DNA from: an uncultured virus (IMG/VR IMGVR_UViG_3300020160_000566)
Taxonomy: Duplodnaviria; Heunggongvirae; Uroviricota; Caudoviricetes; Crassvirales
Length of the DNA: 20,000 bases
Strand: one strand, 5' to 3'
IMG/VR virus record: IMGVR_UViG_3300020160_000566
Shown here piece after piece: positions 16,675 to 20,000 of the stretch. How positions within the stretch are numbered: the stretch's first letter is position 1; each line of letters starts with the position of its first letter. The notes below the pieces were generated by a model, which worked only from the letters and a program-made list of their open reading frames with translations, searched no databases and was not told the origin of the DNA. The position numbers and the translations under genes are program-made.

Positions 16675-16710
16675 TGTCACAAATTTAAACAATAATTGTG
16701 ACATAAACAA
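16675..16710 (-). promoter_or_regulatory. groEL promoter (TTG-N20-TAAATTTG) overlapped by the inverted repeat TGTCACAA-N13-TTGTGACA
   Basis: -7 element at 16680-16687, TTG at 16708-16710; repeat arms at 16675-16682 and 16696-16703. Confidence 0.6.
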
Positions 16711-16734
16711 AAAAAGCCACCCCGAAGGATGGCT
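16709..16734 (-). terminator. Rho-independent terminator with a UUCG tetraloop
   Basis: Minus strand AGCCATCC-TTCG-GGGTGGCT followed by TTTTTT, after the stop at 16755. Confidence 0.88.
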
Positions 16735-16754
16735 CTCTCAATAGCTTGGCAATA

Positions 16755-17045
16755 CTACTGAACAGTAATACCCGATACCGCAAATGGTAAATTGGTAACT
16801 TGATACGCTACATTCGTCCATGATGTCTGCAATGCATTTACAAGGGCGTTTTGGATAGCATCACGCATACTCTCATCTCCCGCAGGAGCAGTAGCGTGTG
16901 TAATCACAACAACGTCAGTTGCTGTACTTGCTTTGTAATGAATGTGAAGAGTAGTTGTTGACTCTTGCTCAATCAATACAATTCCTGTTGCAGATACCAA
17001 TTGACGCTGCTCGTTTGTTACAGGGATACTTAAAAACTTTTCCAT
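16755..17045 (-). CDS. Hypothetical protein (monocistronic, possibly virion-associated)
   Basis: 96 aa flanked by a promoter element and a strong terminator. Confidence 0.7.
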   Translation of the reverse strand: MEKFLSIPVTNEQRQLVSATGIVLIEQESTTTLHIHYKASTATDVVVITHATAPAGDESMRDAIQNALVNALQTSWTNVAYQVTNLPFAVSGITVQ

Positions 17046-17077
17046 CTTCTAAAAAATTAATGGGTTAAACAATACCA

Positions 17078-17085
17078 CAAAGATA
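17078..17085 (-). promoter_or_regulatory. Bacteroidota-type -7 element (TATCTTTG)
   Basis: TAnnTTTG 33 nt upstream of the ATG at 17045. Confidence 0.6.
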
Positions 17086-17095
17086 CCAAAAATAT

Positions 17096-17180
17096 AATGG
17101 GGCATCGCTTTCAACTGACACCCCATTTTATACCGACTAAAGTAGAACTCAAATTTACAAACTATTTTTCATTAGACCAA
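17096..17180 (-). other. Promoter-like element followed by an 11-bp hairpin with no ORF (terminator or short sRNA)
   Basis: TTG(17178-80)-N20-TAAATTTG(17150-57), then AATGGGGTGTC-AGTTGAAAGC-GATGCCCCATT (17096-17127) followed by ATATTTTT. Confidence 0.4.
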
Positions 17181-17223
17181 ACACAAAAGTACCTTTTGGT
17201 AGCATGTCAGAATTAGGGTTCCC

Positions 17224-17240
17224 TATATATATATATATAT
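17224..17240. repeat. (TA)8 microsatellite in a very AT-rich non-coding tract
   Basis: TATATATATATATATAT, preceded by the TAGGG-TT-CCCTA mini-palindrome. Confidence 0.9.
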
Positions 17241-17314
17241 TTTATTACCTCCTTTTATTATTTTTTTTAATTCTATTTTATATTTAAAATCGACATTATC
17301 GACAAAATATTAAT

Positions 17315-17327
17315 AATCAATAAGTTA
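17315..17327 (+). promoter_or_regulatory. IHF-consensus site
   Basis: AATCAATAAGTTA is a perfect match to WATCAANNNNTTR, with an AT-rich tract upstream. Confidence 0.45.
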
Positions 17328-17486
17328 AATAACATTCTAATAGCATTTTTATGTCAATAATCTATCATAATAGTAGTAGTAAGAGTAAAAACCATACTTT
17401 TTAGAGTAGTAAAAAAAGACCCATTTTTAGAGGGTAGGTCAAAGAATTTATTCAAAGTGCATTACTCGTGCATTCATTTTTAGGGC

Positions 17487-17514
17487 AAAAAGAAGGGGGA
17501 TCACTCCCCCATCT
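17487..17514 (-). terminator. Rho-independent terminator
   Basis: Minus strand GGGGGA-GTGA-TCCCCC followed by TTCTTTTT, after the stop at 17532. Confidence 0.8.
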
Positions 17515-17531
17515 CAACCTTTCTAGTCTAA

Positions 17532-17729
17532 TTAAGACTCGTAACCGAGCATTTTCTCACGCATAGAAGCACGTACATCTGCCTCTACCATCATCTCAAT
17601 CTTCTGCTCACGCTTCATCATCTTCTTCATCTCTGCAGCGTGCTGAATGCCCGTCATGCCATTTGGCCTCTCGTTAATCAATCGCCCGTTCTTCATAGTT
17701 AACCCGGACATGTCTGTGTACTTTTTCAT
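17532..17729 (-). CDS. 65-aa Met/Lys-rich hypothetical protein (first gene of the minus-strand arm)
   Basis: Likely true start is ATG 17729 (MKKYTDMSGLTMKNGRLINERPNG...), just downstream of a TATCTTTG element; the track's longer N-terminus runs through repeats. Confidence 0.75.
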   Translation of the reverse strand: MKKYTDMSGLTMKNGRLINERPNGMTGIQHAAEMKKMMKREQKIEMMVEADVRASMREKMLGYES

Positions 17730-17740
17730 AGCTTTTCTTA

Positions 17741-17748
17741 CAAAGATA
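17741..17748 (-). promoter_or_regulatory. Bacteroidota-type -7 element (TATCTTTG)
   Basis: Context TGCCTATCTTTGT is identical to that of the 12606 site. Confidence 0.65.
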
Positions 17749-17874
17749 GGCATTTCAGATATATGGAGGCTTAGGGTTATATATAGGTCTGACGAGGTCG
17801 ACCCCCATCGCGGAAACGGCTTTTTTTTAAGGGGTGGGGGGGTGCATTTCGACCGCCTTTGCCCGATTTTTTTG

Positions 17875-18154
17875 GCTTTTTGTACATAGTACAATAAGTA
17901 GTTATGGTACAAAGTACAATAAGTCCTGCCCGCCTGCACGCACGCCTGCACGCACGTACGCGCGCACACGTGAGCGCACGCATACGCACGCGCACACAAT
18001 ATTGAATTAGTTATTGTAAAAAGTACAATAAGTCATCTCATCATTTAGTTATTGTATAAAGTACAATAAGTGAGCTCAATTAGTTATGGTACAAAGTACA
18101 ATAAGTAGTCGTTTTGGATTCAAAAAATGAGTTATGGTACAAAGTACAATAAGT
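17875..18154. repeat. Six 25-bp direct repeats with internal dyad symmetry (consensus AGTTATKGTAHAAAGTACAATAAGT)
   Basis: Copies at 17875 (degenerate), 17900, 18009, 18047, 18082 and 18130; gaps of 0, 84, 13, 10 and 23 nt; three copies are identical. Confidence 0.92.
17925..17998. repeat. GC-rich alternating purine-pyrimidine tract
   Basis: ...GCACGCACGTACGCGCGCACACGTGAGCGCACGCATACGCACGCGCACACA between repeat copies 2 and 3. Confidence 0.85.
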
Positions 18155-18315
18155 GCCCTTTCTTATGTCAAGCACCCCAAATTGTCCCCAATATCAAAAA
18201 ATTTGCACCCCTTTACAAAATTTTTTTTCGCTCTGAAACCCTTGTAAACACTAAGGTATAGAGAAAATCTATAGGGGTTATAGATAAAATCGATGAAAGT
18301 TTTTTACTTTTTTAC

Positions 18316-18345
18316 TTGCAGGTAAAAAATAATGCACTAATTTAG
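18316..18345 (+). promoter_or_regulatory. Early promoter, Bacteroidota housekeeping type (TTG-N19-TAATTTAG)
   Basis: TTG at 18316-18318 and a near-consensus -7 element at 18338-18345, with a T-tract upstream and an A/C-rich leader to ATG 18388. Confidence 0.6.
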
Positions 18346-18387
18346 CACCATCAAACAACGATAAACGCACACACAAATAACAATAAC

Positions 18388-18612
18388 ATGAATACTAACA
18401 TACGTACGGAAGTACACAATACAAAGGACGGAAGCATATTAACATTTACAGATAGCCGTAATGTTAAGCATAACCAAAAAGATACGACCAATGGCGCGAA
18501 GCGCGTACGTATTGAGTCCTATAAAGATATGGCATTGAACGCAGTTGTGCGCGTAATGGCAAAGAGTGACCGCGCGGAGGCGCAACGTAATGCGAGACGC
18601 GCGAAGCGCTAA
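18388..18612 (+). CDS. Small basic early hypothetical protein
   Basis: 74 aa; first ORF after the plus-strand promoter, with an A-rich leader. Confidence 0.65.
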   Translation: MNTNIRTEVHNTKDGSILTFTDSRNVKHNQKDTTNGAKRVRIESYKDMALNAVVRVMAKSDRAEAQRNARRAKR

Positions 18613-18617
18613 GGCTT

Positions 18618-18772
18618 ACCTACTTATTGAATGCGCATTTGTGCGCACGTGGTGACCACACGTACTAACTTTAGAAGCAGTTAGCCGACAACGTCGGAAC
18701 GGAATAAGGCAAAGAAAAGATAGGTGCATACATACGTATGAACGTGTGTAGGTGTGCGCTAATTGTGGCGCA
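18618..18772 (+). ncRNA. Candidate structured non-coding element (multi-hairpin junction)
   Basis: Six adjacent hairpins plus two enclosing stems in a ~220-nt intergenic gap (see findings). Confidence 0.4.
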
Positions 18773-18832
18773 TTGCTTAGACCCATTGCGGAGCTTAAAC
18801 CTATTTTTATTTATTCATTAATTATTTTTATT

Positions 18833-19234
18833 ATGAAATCAACAAAATTATCAATTGAATTCGTGCAAGGCGCGAACAAATTAAACGTTTCGAACGTGGA
18901 AATTAATTCTATCAACATTGGACAAATTGCCGAAACATTGGCGGGCAAAATTTTGACGGCGCGCTCAAATATGAAACGTTACGGCATGAGCATCAAAGGC
19001 TTTTCTTTTAACCGAAAGTTTGACGTGGTATTAAACATTGACGGATGCGAATCTGTGAACGTTTCCGACCTATTCGCGGGCTTATTCGATGCAAAAATAA
19101 CTTTGCAGGCAAATGAGAATTCGTATAGACGTTTTGCGCATATATTGCACGACATGACGTTTTGCGCCATGACATCGGCAAAAAGTGACGTATTAGAATT
19201 GGGTGAAATTAACGTACAAAAATTACTTGCATAG
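18833..19234 (+). CDS. Early hypothetical protein (133 aa)
   Basis: Likely true start is ATG 18833 (MKSTKLSIEF...), after the AT-rich leader TTAATTATTTTTATT; the track's GTG start lies inside the hairpin region. Confidence 0.72.
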   Translation: MKSTKLSIEFVQGANKLNVSNVEINSINIGQIAETLAGKILTARSNMKRYGMSIKGFSFNRKFDVVLNIDGCESVNVSDLFAGLFDAKITLQANENSYRRFAHILHDMTFCAMTSAKSDVLELGEINVQKLLA

Positions 19235-19236
19235 TT

Positions 19237-19326
19237 ATGACAACAGGCGAATTCATCTACCTATCTATGTTATTGAACATAGTGCTATTCATTAAGTATT
19301 TACAATATAGACCAAAGAACAAATGA
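19237..19326 (+). CDS. 29-aa single-TM mini-protein
   Basis: Not in the track. MTTGEFIYLSMLLNIVLFIKYLQYRPKNK*; starts 2 nt after the upstream stop and has an ATGA overlap downstream. Confidence 0.6.
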   Translation: MTTGEFIYLSMLLNIVLFIKYLQYRPKNK

Positions 19327-19487
19327 GAACAAATATAATTTTATTGCTTGCCATTGTGGCAACATTGGCATTGGCATTAAGCTCATGCAAGAGTACAAAG
19401 TACCATACCTGTGATGCGTACAAAGTGCAGTACAAACCATTGAAAGCTGAGAAGCACAAACACCACCTTTGCGATGCTTACAATTAG
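19323..19487 (+). CDS. 54-aa lipoprotein with two HxCDAY motifs
   Basis: Not in the track. MRTNIILLLAIVATLALALSS|CKSTKYHTCDAYKVQYKPLKAEKHKHHLCDAYN*; lipobox LSSC. Confidence 0.75.
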   Translation: MRTNIILLLAIVATLALALSSCKSTKYHTCDAYKVQYKPLKAEKHKHHLCDAYN

Positions 19488-19647
19488 TGCAGTGTACGGC
19501 GCATTTGAAACTTGGATAAGTGACGGAAATGCTGTGGAATCAAACGGCTATTGGTCAACGCAAGATGCGCAATGGCGCAACAAGATTGAGGGCAAACAAG
19601 AACTTTTTAAATACTTTCTTAAACAATTTTATTATGAGTATATCTGA
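19474..19647 (+). CDS. 57-aa hypothetical protein
   Basis: Not in the track. MLTISAVYGAFETWISDGNAVESNGYWSTQDAQWRNKIEGKQELFKYFLKQFYYEYI*; 14-nt overlaps with both neighbours. Confidence 0.65.
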   Translation: MLTISAVYGAFETWISDGNAVESNGYWSTQDAQWRNKIEGKQELFKYFLKQFYYEYI

Positions 19648-19822
19648 GGCATTGGTACATCAGGGCTATGACCCTACGTACATTCACGATATTATTGACG
19701 ACATGAGAGACCGCGTGGCTATATTATGCGAGTGGCCTGATGACGTGCTACTTGACTATGGGCTAGACCCAAACTATATTTTCCAACTATTAAATATCAA
19801 GCAATGCAATTACCCGAGCTAA
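19634..19822 (+). CDS. 62-aa acidic hypothetical protein
   Basis: Likely start is ATG 19634 (MSISEALVHQGYDP...), after an AT-rich leader; Asp-rich. Confidence 0.65.
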   Translation: MSISEALVHQGYDPTYIHDIIDDMRDRVAILCEWPDDVLLDYGLDPNYIFQLLNIKQCNYPS

Positions 19823-20000
19823 GAATCAAGGTCGAGCGCAAAGATGGCGACGGCCAAGTGTACCAAGTAAAGACAAGCAATGATGCGGCGACATTCTTTC
19901 GCACAATATTCAATGCGGACACCATGCTATGGACTGAGGAGAGTGCAATGATCTGTTTGAACCGAGCCAATGAGGTCATCGGCTATTTCAAAGTGAGCAG
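19804..20000 (+). CDS. radC: RadC-like JAB-domain protein (partial, runs off the window)
   Basis: MQLPELRIKVERK...VKTSNDAATFFRTIFNADTMLWTEESAMICLNRANEVIGYFKVS matches the E.....LNRAN.V.G...VS pattern of short Bacteroidota RadC proteins; the HNHPSG motif would lie beyond the window. Confidence 0.75.
   Translation, partial: MQLPELRIKVERKDGDGQVYQVKTSNDAATFFRTIFNADTMLWTEESAMICLNRANEVIGYFKVS

Noticed and set aside
17831..17844. Intramolecular G-quadruplex
   Set aside because: Only G4-T-G7; lacks four separate G3 tracts.
17730..17999. N-terminal extension of track ORF 17532..17999 and ORFs 17777..17995, 17647..17889
   Set aside because: They translate the RY tract, G-run and repeats (CARAYACAHV...) or are antisense; a promoter element at 17741 points to ATG 17729.
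17875..18154. CRISPR mini-array interpretation of the 25-bp repeats
   Set aside because: Gaps are 0, 84, 13, 10 and 23 nt rather than uniform spacers, one gap is low-complexity, and no cas genes are in the window.
18342..18350. CIRCE element (TTAGCAC)
   Set aside because: Only a partial half-site with no matching arm, and far from groEL.
18618..18772. tRNA gene
   Set aside because: No TTC-containing T-loop, canonical arm lengths or acceptor stem; kept only as a generic structured element.
19520..19633. GTG-start extension of ORF 19520..19822
   Set aside because: Overlaps the better 57-aa ORF 19474..19647; ATG 19634 has a typical AT-rich leader.

Overview
Segment of a tailed dsDNA phage genome, most likely infecting an aquatic Bacteroidota/Flavobacteria host (Bacteroidota-type TAnnTTTG promoters, AT-rich leaders without Shine-Dalgarno sites, Flavobacteria-like fibre domains). 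Positions 1-17.75 kb are almost all on the minus strand. In transcription order they encode small hypothetical genes, a phage groEL-groES pair, a cluster of small basic proteins, a head-spike base/fibre module resembling the RcGTA spike, a 2039-aa repetitive tail fibre and a lysis cassette with several membrane proteins ending in a peptidase M15A endolysin. A largely non-coding strand-switch region (17.1-18.35 kb) holds an AT-rich tract with an IHF-consensus site, a G-run, an alternating purine-pyrimidine tract and six 25-bp dyad repeats (candidate origin/terminus). Small plus-strand early-type genes follow, including a tiny lipoprotein, a densely structured intergenic element and a partial RadC/JAB gene. 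The most notable feature is a GIY-YIG/NUMOD3 homing endonuclease that appears to have split a gene at about codon 50. It carries a synonymously diverged replacement 5' half that rebuilds the gene downstream and leaves the original 5' half as a 50-aa remnant. All family assignments come from motif recognition by eye, not database searches.
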